NCBI GenBank assembly: GCA_034189385.1
Contig: JAXHVD010000024.1
Coordinates: 1-63,742 of the forward strand
Reading direction: 5' to 3'
Source of the DNA: Thermodesulfobacteriota bacterium
Lineage (GTDB): Bacteria; Desulfobacterota; Desulfobacteria; Desulfobacterales; C00003060
Length of the DNA stretch: 63,742 nucleotides
Both the position numbers and the translations under genes were made by a program. The number at the start of each line of letters is the position of its first letter. Within the stretch, counting starts at the first letter, position 1. The notes under the pieces were generated by a model. It had not been told where the DNA came from, searched no databases, and was given only the letters and a program-made list of their open reading frames with translations. Below, one piece after another: positions 1-13,800 of this stretch.

Positions 1-1746
1 AATCGAATTGATTTTGAAATGATAGAAGGTGGAAAATCCCGCGTAGTCGTGGGAACAACCAGAAAAGTCGCCTGTGACACAGAAAAGGCGTCAGACAAAA
101 AGCTTTTCTTGAAACTCCACGATGTGACGTTACCTGAATTCCAGAAGCGCCCCCTCATCACCACACGATTTAAGAGCGCTGTTGACCGGATCCTGCCTAT
201 ACAACACCCTAACATGGAAGACACGGCCGTGATTGTCATAGAGCTCCGTGAGCCTGTTCCGTACAGGGTCGAGCAAAAAGAAGACACCTGCACTGTTGAG
301 TTTGAGGCCTCACAGGTTCCTCCAAGGCCCACCCTGGCGGCCAAAGAACCTGAGTGGGAAAGGGCCATAAAGGAAGCAGAGGTAGCAATCGCGGAAAAAA
401 TAGAAAAACCGTTTGAAAAACCCGTGGTAACCGAAAGCGGCAAGACATACTCGGGAGAAAAGATATCTCTCAATTTTCAGGATGCAGACATTCGAAATAT
501 CTTTCGAATTCTCCATGAGGTGAGCGGAAAGAACTTCGTTATAGGAGGGGACGTTCAGGGAAGAATCACGCTAAAGCTTGTCAATGTGCCCTGGGACCAG
601 GTCCTGGACCTCATCTTGAAGATGAACAAATTGGGCACTGTGGTGGAAGGCAGCGTCATCCGCATTGCCACTCTTGAGACATTGAGACAGGAGAAGAAGG
701 CATTGCAGGAGACCTTGAGGGCTGAGCAGCAGGCAAAAGAACAGGAACCTTTGATGACGGACTATATCCCCATCAATTACTCCGATGCTTCGGAGATAAA
801 AGAGCACATAGACGAGATCAAGACATCTCGGGGAAAAGTGACCTATGACGAGCGGACCAATACCATTATCATCAAAGACATCCAGCCTGTTGTCGATCGG
901 GCCAAGGAGCTGGCAGAACGGCTGGACCTCGTTACTCCTCAGGTTGTCATAGAGGCCAGGATTGTTGAGGCTAGCACTGACTTTTCACGCGACATCGGCA
1001 TCCAGTGGGGGGGGAGCTACGGCATTCAGGAGGGAGATGACAGGTACGGGCTAGGTCCTCAGCGAGGCTATGATACCCTTGGCGGCACCTACGGATTAAC
1101 TGGCGGCATTGGAGACGAAAATTGGGTCGTGAACCTGCCTCCCAAAGGCCCCACCAGTGGCGTGGGATTTAATTTCGCCAGGCTAGGGGGCCTTACTCCC
1201 TTTACCCTCAAAGCTAATCTCCAGGCCATGGAACAACAAGGCAAGGGCAAGATCATCTCTTCTCCCAGGATTCTCACCCTGGACAATAAGGAAGCCTACA
1301 TAGAACAGGGCGTAGACATTCCCTACCAGGTCCTTGAAGAGGGGAGCTACAGTCTCAAGTGGGCAAAGGCGGTGCTCAAATTGACGGTGACGCCGCACAT
1401 CACCATGGATCGTCGCGTGGCCATGAGTATCAAGGCCCAAAAGGATTCCCCAAATCAGCAGATTACAGTCCAGGGTGCCCCGGCCATTGACAAGAAAGAG
1501 GCCGGCACCGAACTGCTCGTAAACGATGGCGATACCATTGTCATCGGCGGGATCATCACAAGGGAGGAGACCTTGGGCAAAGCGGGCGTTCCTATGCTTT
1601 CAAACATGCCCGTACTAGGATGGCTCTTTAGGTCAGAATCTAAGACCGACAATGAAAGAGAACTTCTGATTTTCGTGACGGCCACCATCGTTGAATTGGA
1701 AAGGCCGCCACATACCCAGCAAGCCATGCTAAGTCAGCTGAACTGA
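1..1746 (+). CDS. pilQ: Type IV pilus secretin PilQ (5' end probably outside the window)
   Basis: Secretin motifs: YSGEKISLNFQDADIRNIFRIL, VPWDQVLDLIL, QVVIEARIVEA, ISSPRILTLDNKEAYIEQG, VPMLSNMPVLGWLFRS, ELLIFVTATIV. AMIN-like N-terminal part. Confidence 0.95.
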   Translation, partial: NRIDFEMIEGGKSRVVVGTTRKVACDTEKASDKKLFLKLHDVTLPEFQKRPLITTRFKSAVDRILPIQHPNMEDTAVIVIELREPVPYRVEQKEDTCTVEFEASQVPPRPTLAAKEPEWERAIKEAEVAIAEKIEKPFEKPVVTESGKTYSGEKISLNFQDADIRNIFRILHEVSGKNFVIGGDVQGRITLKLVNVPWDQVLDLILKMNKLGTVVEGSVIRIATLETLRQEKKALQETLRAEQQAKEQEPLMTDYIPINYSDASEIKEHIDEIKTSRGKVTYDERTNTIIIKDIQPVVDRAKELAERLDLVTPQVVIEARIVEASTDFSRDIGIQWGGSYGIQEGDDRYGLGPQRGYDTLGGTYGLTGGIGDENWVVNLPPKGPTSGVGFNFARLGGLTPFTLKANLQAMEQQGKGKIISSPRILTLDNKEAYIEQGVDIPYQVLEEGSYSLKWAKAVLKLTVTPHITMDRRVAMSIKAQKDSPNQQITVQGAPAIDKKEAGTELLVNDGDTIVIGGIITREETLGKAGVPMLSNMPVLGWLFRSESKTDNERELLIFVTATIVELERPPHTQQAMLSQLN

Positions 1747-1827
1747 CGTTGACCGTTGACCGTTCACGGTTCACCGAACGGACAACGGATAACATTGAAC
1801 GGATAACAGACAACGGATAACGGTTAC
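1747..1827. repeat. Heptamer-repeat palindrome (GTTGACC/GTTCACG ... ACGGATA/ACGGACA)
   Basis: Tandem 7-mers followed by their approximate reverse complements. Similar arrays at about 18051, 20917 and 39940. Confidence 0.7.
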
Positions 1828-1844
1828 ATCGAGAGGGATTTGCA

Positions 1845-4800
1845 ATGAAAAGGAAATACCTTCGGAACGGCGTCATGATAATGGCTATGTTCGCCCTCCT
1901 TATCTCCTGCGGCTCGTCAGGAGGAGGCAGTGGCGACGACGTCAAGACTGCGGCCATTGCGCTCAGCGTGAGCCCCACCGTCATCCCGGCGGACGGCATC
2001 AGTTCCGCAACGGTTACTGCCAGCCTGACGGACAATTCCGGGACTGCCGTGCCCGAGGAGACATCTGTAACCTTTTCTACAACACTTGGTTCCTTTCCCA
2101 ACGGCAGTCATACCTACAATGTGAAAACACCTGATGACTCAGGCACGGTGACAGTTTCCTTGATTGCTGCAACCATCATAGGCAATGCAGATGTAGTAGC
2201 GGAGTCAAGCGATGTTACGCAAAAGGCAGCTCTAGAGTTCATCGATGCCTCATTAATACCGAGAAAGATCTCTTTGTCCACATCGCAGATTAGCGTCAAA
2301 TCTGACAACTCGGACAGTGCCACCATTACTGCTACGGTGTTGGACGCCTACAATGCCGTTGTGGAAGGGATTACAGTGGCATTCAGCGCGACTGGCGGCC
2401 AGCTCGGTGCGGCGTCGGCTGACACCGATGCCAACGGACAGGCAGTCGTGACATTTTCCTCCGGCAGTGCAGGGCCAAGCAATCAGGTCGTGACGATTAC
2501 CGCCACCGTTACTGATCTCGAACCGGCACAAATACCCATACAGGTTTTGGGGTCCACCCTTACCCTTGCTACGGACAAGACACAGGTTTCAAGTGACGGC
2601 TTGGTATCAGCCATCCTGACTGCCACTGCCAAGGACGCCGGAGGAACGGAGGTGTACAACGCCCCTATTACCTTCAGTGTGCCGGAAACCGGCGGCGGCT
2701 CAGTCAAACTGTCCAGCTTTGAGGTGCGCACGGGTGTGACAGGGGAGGCAAAGGTCACTGTGACCGGTACGCGGGCTGGATCTGTCACGGTATTCGCAGA
2801 AGGCCTCGGCGAGACGGCCTCACAAGAATACAGGGTGACTCCGCCCGGTACAGATTTTTTTCACATCTCAGAGCCTACAGACGACCCTGCCAACCTGAGC
2901 ATTGGAGAAGACCTTGCCATTACCGTTACGGCTCCTGCTCCAACCACCTCTGTGGTCTTTGTGGCCACCTTCGGCGCCTGGGACGGGGGCTCTTCCTCTG
3001 TGGTCACCCAGACCGTGGGCAATGGTTCTGTGTCAGCCGTATTTAGCTCTCCCCTGGCAGGTGTGGCCAGCATACAGGTCTACGATGAAGACAACCCCTC
3101 AGACGCCGATTCCATGGAGATCGTGGTTTCGGCAGCCATACCCGATGCGGCCCACATTTCCCTTCAGTCCAACAGCTATGTAGTGCCTCTCAGTTCAGGG
3201 GGAAATAGCTATTCGGCCACCTTGACAGCATCTGTAAGAACCAGTTTCGCTTCAGGGAGGCAGCCTGTTGGCGGCGCTTCTGTGGCCTTTTCCCTTGACA
3301 ACCAGACAGGGGGCGGGGAGACCATATTCCCGGCTATTGTATTTACCGATGATTCAGGGGTCGCCACCACAACCTTCACGTCAGGTTCCTTGAGTTCCGG
3401 GGCCGAAGGGGTAGAGATTTCTGCCACCGTTCTGGGCCAAGGGGCTACCGGGTCTTTGACGACCATTGCATTCAATGACACAAACGCAGATACCATTACC
3501 CGGTCTGATGCCGGCTCCTTTGTGACAGATGGGTTTCAGGCTGGCGAACAGATCAGGGTCGAGGGCTCTGCCAACAATGACGGCGACTATACCATCGCCA
3601 GTGTCAGCGGCAAAACCCTGACCCTGGATTCCAATGACAGTTTGACTGCTGAAGCAGCGGGCAGCACCGTGACCATCACGGCAGTCACCAGCTCCATCAA
3701 TATCGTGGTGGGCGGCACTTCGGGCTCCATCGTGATCGGTCGGGGCAGCAAGATTGAGATCTTGAGTCCCACAACATACTCCCTTCCCATGTCCGTGCTG
3801 GTGGCTGATTCAAACGGCAATCCCCAATCAGGGGCTGTTGTCTCCCTCAGCGCGTGGCCTACCTTCTACTCTACCGGGGGCTGGCTGCCGCGTGTGGAAG
3901 AGAGCACGGATCAGGACACCAACATTACAACCCAAAAGGTGCTTGATATCTGCGATGGGTACATTACGGGTACGTATCCTAATGAGGATGCTAATGAGAA
4001 TCTTTTCCTAGACCCAGGTGAAGATACGGGGGCCGATCCTGGTCATGGCGACGGCCAACTCACGCCACCCAACTCTGCCGCCGGAAACATCCCCATGACC
4101 GTTACCACAGAGGCGAATGGTGTAGCGAACTTTGAGCTGGTCTACATGAAATCGAGCGCCATGTGGATTGTCGACAGGATCAGGGCGAGCACTGTGGTGC
4201 TGGGAACAGAGACCACCTCGTCCATGAGCTTCCGATTGCCTTATGAAAAGAGCGAGGCAGAGGGCTGTGAGTTGCCCAATTCGCCTTACAACCCGACAGC
4301 AGGTTCGTTGGCTGTAGACAAGATTACTCTTACAGCCTTACCCAACAACATGACGGCCGATGGCTCAAGTACAAGCACTATCTTTGCTGAGGTTACTGAT
4401 GTGAAGGGGAACCCTGTAGACGGCGAAGTCATCACCTTTGAACTGACAGCCGGCACAGGCACCCTCTCCGCGCAGAAGGCCACGACCTCAGGTGGTGTGG
4501 CTACAGTGACCTACACGGCCTCTGACACCCCAGGGACAGTGACAATAACGGCATCAGCCGATAACGGCGTCACCGCCAGTGTGGACATTACCCTTATTGA
4601 AGCGATAGTGGGTTCTGTTTCTGTCACTGCAGGCAGTGACAGTGTTGTGGCAAACGGCACGTCTCAGGTGCTCATTATGGCCACCGTCGTTGATCAAAAC
4701 GGCAAGAACGTGGCAGACGGCACGGCCGTGTCCTTTACCACCACGGCCGGCGGCCTCTCAAATATCAGCAGTACCATCAATGGGGTAGCCACGGCCACGC

Positions 4801-7800
4801 TTACCAGTTCTATCAGTGTGGGCACAGCGACCATTGAGGCGACCGCAGGTGGTGTCATTGGCAGAACAACTGTGGACTTTATCCCTGGTCCGGTGCGGAA
4901 CATCCAGCTCACTGCCACACCCATGAATTTGACAGCAGATGGGTCCAGCACAAGCGACATCCGTGCCCTTGTTACAGATAAGAACGGCAATGTAGTCAAT
5001 GGCGAGACCGTGTCCTTTGCTATCATCTCAGGCAGCGGTGAGCTTGATGCTGCCATTAAAACCACCGATGGCGGGGGCGGAGTGGCTGAAGTGACCTACA
5101 CGGCCTCAAGGACCATTGGCACCGAAACAGTGAGAGCCCGGACCACAAACGGCGTGTCTGCAACAGTGAATATCACTCTGATTGGGCCTGTTATCAAAGA
5201 AGTTGACTGCCAAGTCGGTTGTGAGAGCGGTGTCACAGGTGATACGCCTACGCCTGCCCCTGGGCCTACACCTTGTCCTCCTGAGGATCCGGTGCTCGTT
5301 CACGCCTTTGTGTTGGACATAAACGGCAACCCCGTGCTCGATGGAACCCCAGTCACGTTCACGACCACGCTGGGCACATTCCAAGGTGCTCCTGCTCCAG
5401 GGACAATTATTGTCGAATATACGGACAATGGCAATGGCGAGGTTACGGCCATGCTAGTGCCCTCCACCCGTGTAGGCACGGCCAACATTGCCGTTTGGGC
5501 AGGAGGGGTATGCTGTAAAAAGACTGTGGAGTTCATTGCAGGGCCAGCAGCAACCATTTCCCTTACTGCGACACCAAGTACTCTAGTGGCAGATGGGACG
5601 AGCAAGAGCGTGATCCGTGCTTATGTGACCGATGAGTACGGAAATCCCATAGACGGTGAGACCGTATCCTTTTCCCCGGCCTCATTAGGACTCCTTTCTG
5701 ATGCTACAGCTGAAACCAACAACGGGGGAGGAGCGGCGATAGTGACCTATACGGCCGGGACCACGGCTGGAACTGATACCATAACGGCGTGGACATCCAA
5801 TGGCCACAGTGACAGTGTAGACATCGCGTTGGTTCCAGAGGAGACAACAGGCTTCATTTCTCTCACAGCAGACCCAACGAGTATCGTTGCAGACGGGGTA
5901 TCTACATCAGTATTGACAGCTACCCTGACGGCTGCAGGCGGCGATCCCATGGTGGGTGTTCCGGTGGCATTCTATTCTGGTCCCGCAGCTTTTAGTCCCG
6001 ATCTACCACCTAACAACACCTATAAGGGAACGACCGAAGAGAGCAAGGACCCTTTTCACAGCAATGGGGGATCGACGACTTTCACCTTTTTCCACGATGG
6101 TTCATCCGCCTTTGCTGTGGACTTGTGTGAGTACGGCACGACCGACTGTCTCGACTTGTTTAACGCCCCGGGTGTGGTTAACGGAAGCACCGTGGAGACA
6201 AACTTGGATGCTGGAGACTACTACCTTGATGTTGGCAAGGCCTCAGGAGAGTGGTCTATCAAAATAGAAGGAGACATAGAGAGGGTCCGAATTCAGCCAT
6301 CAGGGGACACACTATTAGCCATGGTCGACACGGACACAAATGGTGACGCGGAGACTACATACACCAGTACGACGCAAACAGGCCTAGTCCCAATCACAGC
6401 TGTATCAGGAGAACTGAAGGCCGAGGTCGAAATAGAACAAATACCTGGATCACCTGAAAACTTAGACCTGTGGTCTAACAGCAGGATTGCTGCCAATGGT
6501 GTGAGCTACTCAACGATTACCGCTGAGGTAACAGACGCCTATTACAACCCGGTCCCCGGCGCCGCGGTCAATTTTTCCGCCACCGCAGGCACAATTTCCC
6601 CAACAACAGAACTCACAGACACAAGAGGTCGCGCTGGAGCCCTCCTCACATCCATATATAGCAATGTATTGGTTACGTCCACGGTGACCGCTACGGTTGA
6701 CGGCTTGACCGAAAGCATAACTGATGAGTTTGTGCCAGTAACTCTCCGCTTACGGGCTACAGAGACAACGGGGAAGAAGGCCAATGGCACTGACAGCTAC
6801 ACGATTACTGCTCAAATCCAAGAGGCATCATCAAACCAACCCATGAGTGACACCATTGTCACGTTCTCCTATTCTGGGAATGACGGCATTGTCACCGTTG
6901 AGCCAGTAGCAACTGAAACAGATGACAACGGTATCGCGACCTGCAAAGTCATGGATATTAGCAGCATAGACGACCCCGTGATCATAAGCGCCACTTCTGG
7001 AGCCGTGGCATCAGTTGGCATGATCGGTCTGGTTTTTACAGGAACAGGAGGAGGGGGGACCCCTGTGGGCTCCGTCAAGGTGGCCGCTACAGAGACAACT
7101 GGCAAGAAGGCCAATGGGGTTGACAGCTACACCGTCACCGCACAGGTTCTTGACGCAGTGGGGCAACCCATCGAGGGTGCTGGGGTCACGTTTTCAGCCA
7201 GCGGCAATTCGGGTTTAGTTGCCATGAATCCGCCTGTAGCAACAACAGCACAGGATGGCACAGCCACCTGCGAGGTTACAGATATCAGTGACATCTCCGA
7301 CACAGTAGACATCAGTGCTTCTTCAGGTGGTGTGAATTCAGCTAATTCGATCACCCTCCACTTTGCGGTGCCGGCAGGTCCAGGCGTGCCTGCCAGCCTA
7401 GGATTGGCCACGTCGCAGATCAGTGTGAAGTCTGACAATTCCGATAGCGCCACCATTACTGCTACAGTACTAGATGGAGACAATGCCGTCGTGGAAGGCA
7501 TTACAGTAGAATTCTCTGCAGACGGTGGACAGCTTAGCACGTCTAAAGCTCAGACGGATGCCAATGGAGAGGCACGGGTAGAGTTTTCATCGGGCACCGT
7601 GGATCAGAGCAACCGCGTTGTTACCGTTACCGCCCGGGTTTCTGGGCTCCCAGATTCGCAGATACCGATCCAGGTCGTGGGCTCCACCCTGACCCTTACC
7701 ACTGACAACAATGTAGTCACAAGCGATGGTATTACGACGGCCACCTTGACGATCCTGGCCAAGGATGCCGCTGGGACCCCGGTTTACAACACACCCATTA

Positions 7801-10800
7801 CCCTTACTTCCACAGGAAGCGGAACCGTTACCATCTCACCTTCTTCAGGCAATACGGACATTTTGGGGAAACTGGAGGTGACGGTGACGGGAACAAGCGC
7901 CGGAGATGTGACGGTGACGGCAGAGGGCCTGGGCACTACAGCGACTCAGGACTATGAAGTCATTCTGGCCGGTGCGGTCTTTTTCCGCATCATTCAGCCA
8001 CAAAGCGATCCTGTTACGTGGAATACGCTGGATTCCGGCCCTGTGGCCATCACTGGTCCATCCACCCAGATAGCCTTTGCCGATGCAGATCCAGACACCA
8101 TCACCCGTTCTGACGGTGGCGACTTCACTGTAGACGGATTCAGCGACGGCGATCGAATCATGGTAGGAGGATCTAGTTCCAATGACACGGACACAGGCAT
8201 TGGCACGCCTTCCTATTATACCATCGACACGGTGACACCAAACACCCTGACGCTGGTGGCAACGGATCAGCTCACAACGGAAGCCGCAGGGGCGTCTGTG
8301 GTCATCGCCAACAGCATATTGGTGCGGGTGGAGGCTCCCCCTCCCACGGCCTCTGTGAAGTTTGCCACCACGTTTGGCACTTGGGATGGCGGAGCATCTC
8401 CGGTAGTCACCAAGAATGTCGTCGGCGGTAGCGTGTGGGCCGTGTTCAGTTCAAGTCAGGCCGGCGTGGCCACCATTCACGTGACTGCCGACGATGATCC
8501 TACGTCCTTTGACTCATTGGAAGCGGTGATCTCCGCGCCAAGCGCAGATGCCGCCCATATTACCCTGCAGTCCAACACCTATGTGGTACCTTTGAGTCTC
8601 GGCAACGCATCCAACACAGCTACGCTGACAGCATCGGTGCGTACGAGCTCTGCCACAGGCAGACAGCCTGTGGGCGGTGCCGCTGTGGCATTCTCTATTC
8701 AGAATCAAACAGGTGGCGGAGAAACCGTGTTTCCTGTCATCGTGTACACAGATGCCTCCGGTATTGCCACCACCACCTTTACGTCTGGCTCTTTGAGTTC
8801 AGGGTCAGAAGGGGTGACTATAACCGCCACGGTCCTGGGCCAGGGAAGCACCGGTCCGTTGACGACTATTTCCTTTAATGACACGGATCCAGACACCATC
8901 ACACGGTCTGATGGCGGCTCGTTCATGACGGACGGTTATCAGGCCGGTGAGCAGATCAGGGTTCAGGGGTCTGGACAAAACGACGGGTGGTACATCATCG
9001 ATAGTGTAGCTGCCGATACCATCACGCTGGAGGCAGGCGACACCTTGACGGATGAACCAGAAGGCAGCGCCGTTACCATCACAGCCGTCACCGCTTCGAC
9101 CAATATTGTGGTCGGCGGCACGGCCGGATCCCTGGTCATTGGTCGGGGTAGTGAGATCACCGTGCTAAGCCCCACCACCTATTCCCTGCCCATGTCCGTA
9201 CTGGTGGCCGATTCAAACGGCAATCCTGTTCCAGGGACCACGGTTTCTCTGAACGCCTGGCCCATCCAGTACTCCACCGGTGAGTGGGTAGAGGTCATTA
9301 TCCTTACTGACCAGTATTGTGAGGCCAAGATTACGGGTACCTACCCGAACGAAGATGTGAACGAAAACCTCTTTCTGGATCCAGGCGAAGATACAGGAAA
9401 CGATCCTGGTCACGGCGATGGAGAACTCACCCCGCCCAACTCTGCGGCCGGAACGGTGCCCATGACCGTTACCACGGATGCCAATGGTGTGGCCAATTTC
9501 GATCTGGTTTACATGAAATCGAGCGCCATGTGGATAGTGGATCGCATCCAGGCGTCCACGTTGGTCCTGGGAACAGAGACTACGTCGTCTATGACCTTCC
9601 GCCTGCCTGCTGAAAAGACCGAGGCATGGCTCTGTGAGTTGCCGGATTCTCCTTACAATCAAGAACTGCCGGTAAATCATATCAATCTCACGGCCACGCC
9701 GAGCAACCTGACGGCAGACGGCTCCAGCACAAGCATCATCCGAGCCGAGGTCTTCAATGAAAAAGGGCTTGCAGTCGAAGGCGAGGTTGTCAGCTTTGAT
9801 CTGGCTGCGGGCACGGGCACGCTTTCTGTCCCCACAGCCACCACCGATGACCAAGGTGTGGCTGAGATTATCTACACCGTTTCCACTACGTCAGGGATTG
9901 CAACCATCACTGCCACCACGGACAACGGGACAACAGCCACAGTAAACATCGAACTGATCGAAGCCTTGGTCGGTTCCATCACCTGTGAGGTGGGTTGTGA
10001 CGAGATTGGGGTGGGTGGTGGCACCGCCATACAGGTCTCTGCCACCGTACTTGATAAGAACGGCAAGAACGTGCTTGACGGCACGCCGGTGACCTTCACG
10101 ACCACGGCAGGAGAGTTTCAAGATCCCGACGATCCGTTGACACCTACTATCAAGACTGTCAACACCTTCAAGGGTGTGGCCGCCGCAAACCTTTTCAGCC
10201 CAGACAACGTGGGAACGGCTACCATTAAGATCATAGCCGGAGGTGTGTGCTGTGAGACAAGTGTGGCCTTTGTTCCAGGCCCTGCGGCCGTTCTTTCCCT
10301 GAGAGCCACCCCCAACAACCTCACAGCCGATGGTTGGAGCCAGAGCACCATCCGCGCCCTGCTGACCGATGCAAATGGAAACGCTATCACCGGCGAGACC
10401 ATCAGCTTCAGCGTGAGCACGACAGGCACGAGTTCAGGGGAACTTTCTTCCTATACGGCAACGACGTCAGAGGGTATTGCCACGGTGACCTACACGGCTT
10501 CTACGGAGTCGGGTGAAATAGATACCATAAGGGCTGAGGCGACGGACAGCTCGGTCTTTGGCACAGCAGATATCACGCTGATAGATGTTGTCGTGGGAAT
10601 GGTATCGGTGAGCGCAGGCTCTGGCACTGCCGTGGCCGATGGGTCATCGCAGACCTTGATTACTGCCGCGGTGCAGGATACCAAAAACAACAACGTGGCA
10701 GACGGCACAATGGTGACCTTTACGACGTCAGCTGGAGACATTGACAATGTCACGCCAGGCAACCAGACTACTTTTAACGCCCCTACCACCAATGGTGTGG

Positions 10801-13800
10801 CCAAAGCCTGGCTGGTAAGCCCCACGAACGTGGGCACTGCTGCCGTGATAGCCACTGTGGGAGGTGTGCTCGACAGCGCCACCGTGACCTTTATTTCAGG
10901 TTCACCAGACACTATTCAGTGTACAGCCACCCCTAACAACCTGACAGCCGATGGCTGGAGTGAGAGCACCATTCGCGCCCTGGTGACCGATGCCAATGGA
11001 AACGTTGTCAGCGGTGAGACCATCAGCTTCAGTGTGACCACGACAGGCACGATTCCAGGGGAACTCTCTCCTTACACGGCAGTCGCGACAGACGGTATCG
11101 CCACGGTGACCTACACGGCTTCTAGAGAGGCCGGTGTAACAGACACCATACGGGCCGAGGCAACGGACAGCACGATCTTTGGCACAGTGGACATCACGCT
11201 CGTAGATGTCGTCGTGGGAACCGTGTCCGTAAGTGCCGGGTCTGATACAGCCATAGCAGATGGTTCCACACGGACATTAATCTCAGCCACGGTCCAGGAT
11301 AACCTAGGAAACAACGTAGCAGATGGCACTACCGTAACCTTTACGACCATGGCAGGAACGTTTGAGGATCCCGACGATCCGTTGACGCCGACCACCAAGA
11401 CAGCGGACACGACAAACGGCGTGGCCACTGCCTGGCTCATCAGTGCAACCAATGTAGGAAGAACCATCATTACGGCCACAGTGGGTGGTGTGACTGACAG
11501 CACGGAAGTCAACTTCATTGCTGGTGCGGTAGGGAACATCTCCCTTGCGGCTGTCCCCAACAACCTCACGGCCGACGGCGCCAGCGAGAGTACGATCCGC
11601 GCAACAGTGACTGATGCCGATGGAAACGCTGTGGCAGACGGGGAAGTGATCAGTTTTTCATTGAGTACCATTACGGGCAGTCTTTCTGCGCCTACGGCTA
11701 CAACGGAGGGTGGCATAGCCACGGTGACCTATACGGCCGCTACGACGTCGGGTACTGAGACGATAACTGCGGTGTCAACCAATGGGACCACCGCTACGGT
11801 GGACATAACGCTGATCGAGGCTACGATTGGTTCTGTGTCTGTGAGTGCGGGCACAGAGTATATTATAGCAAACGAGACATCCCAGAGCCTGATTATGGCC
11901 ACGGTACTGGATACGCTTGGAAACCCTGTTGTAGACGGCACAACCGTGACGTTTACGACCACGGCAGGAACGTTTGACGATCCAGACGATCCGTTGATTC
12001 CCACCATCAAGACAGCGGATACGACAAATGGCGTGGCTAGTGTTTATCTCATCAGTGCGGCCAATGTGGGTGTGGGAACGGTTACAGCCACAGTGGGCGG
12101 CGTGGCCGACACCACAGAAGTATACTTCATTGCCGGTGCGGTAGACGCCATCTCCCTCGTGGCTGTACCCAACAACCTCACGGCCGACGGTGCCAGCCAG
12201 AGCACAATCCGTGCAACAGTGACTGATGCCGATGGGAACGCTGTGGCAGACGGGGAATTGATCAGTTTTTCATTGATACCTGGTAGTACGGGCAGTCTTT
12301 CTGCGCCCACGGCTACAACGGAGGGTGGCGTAGCCACGGTGACCTATACGGTCCCTTTAACGGCGGGCACGGAGACGGTTACTGCGGTCTCAACCAATGG
12401 GACCACCGAGACGGTGGACATCACGCTGATCGGGGCTACGATCGGTTCTGTGTCTGTGAGTGCGGGTACGGACGAGATCGTGGCAGACGGCACCTCCTGG
12501 AGCCTGATTACGGCCACGGTATTGGATACGCTTGGAAACCCTGTCGCAGACGGTACAACCGTGACGTTTACGACTACGGCAGGGACCCTGTCTAACATTA
12601 CCACCACGTCCCTCGGGGTGGCTTATGCGGAACTTACGAGTGCAACCAATGTAGGTGTGGCAAAGGTGACAGCCACAGCGGGCGGCGTGGCCGACAGCGC
12701 AGGCGTCTCCTTTATCGCCGGCGCCGTAGGCAACATCAACCTTTTCGCTTCACCAAACAACCTCACAGCCGACGGCTCCAGCGAGAGCACGATTCGCGCT
12801 ACAGTGACGGATGCCTCCGGCAATGCTGTAGCGGATGGGGAAGTGATCAGTTTCTCTGTTACCACCGGAACAGGCACTCTAAATGTTCCAACCGCCAGTA
12901 CGGAGGGTGGCGTAGCCACGGTGACCTATACGGCCTCTTTAACGGCGGGCACTGAGACGGTTACTGCGGTATCGACTAATGGCGTCACCGAGACGGTGAA
13001 CATCACACTCATTGGCGCTACGGTCGGTTCTCTGTCTGTAAGCACGGGCACGGAAGAGATTGTAGCGGATGGCACCTCCCAGAGCCTGATTACGGCCTCC
13101 GTGTTGGATACGCTGGGAAATAAGGTTGCAGACGGCACGCTGGTGACATTTACTACTTCGGCCGGCGAGTTCTTGGGAGCTGATCCGCTGACGCCCACTA
13201 CCATTGACGTTGCCACGACTTACGGGTTGGCTACAGCGTCGCTTATCAGCGCCACCAATGTGGGCACAGCATTCGTTTCGGCCACTAGTGGTGGGCAGGG
13301 CGACAATACGACTGTGACATTCATTCCCGGTCCAGTCTATAATATCAGCCTTACGGCGTTGCCCAACAACCTACCGGCAGACGGTACAAGCACCAGTGAC
13401 ATCCGTGCCTACGTCATCGATAGGTACGACAACGCTGTAGAGGGTGAGGTGATCACTTTCTCGGCCACATGTGTGTCCGGGAGTTGCGGCACCCTTTCCG
13501 CGCCCACGGCCACCACTGAGGGTGGTGTGGCCACGTTAACCTATACGGCTTCAAGTGCCGGTGGCAATGAAACGGTGACCGCTGAGGCAACGAATGGCGT
13601 GAGCGACTCTGTAAATATTAGTCTGACCGGCTTACAGATTGCCAGCATTGAGCTGAGCGCCAGTCCTTCCAGTCTACCGGCAGACGGGGTCTCCTGGGCC
13701 ACGATTAATGCCACTGTTTCAGCAGTAGGGGGTGGACAGGCTCCTGATCTGACACCGGTGAATTTCGAGATCATCGACGGAGGGGGCAGCTTTAGCGGCA

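Noticed and set aside
9660..13600. Near-identical Ig repeats as a DGR template/variable pair or shufflon
   Set aside because: No reverse transcriptase, differences are not adenine-specific, and there are no inverted cassettes; ordinary intragenic duplication.
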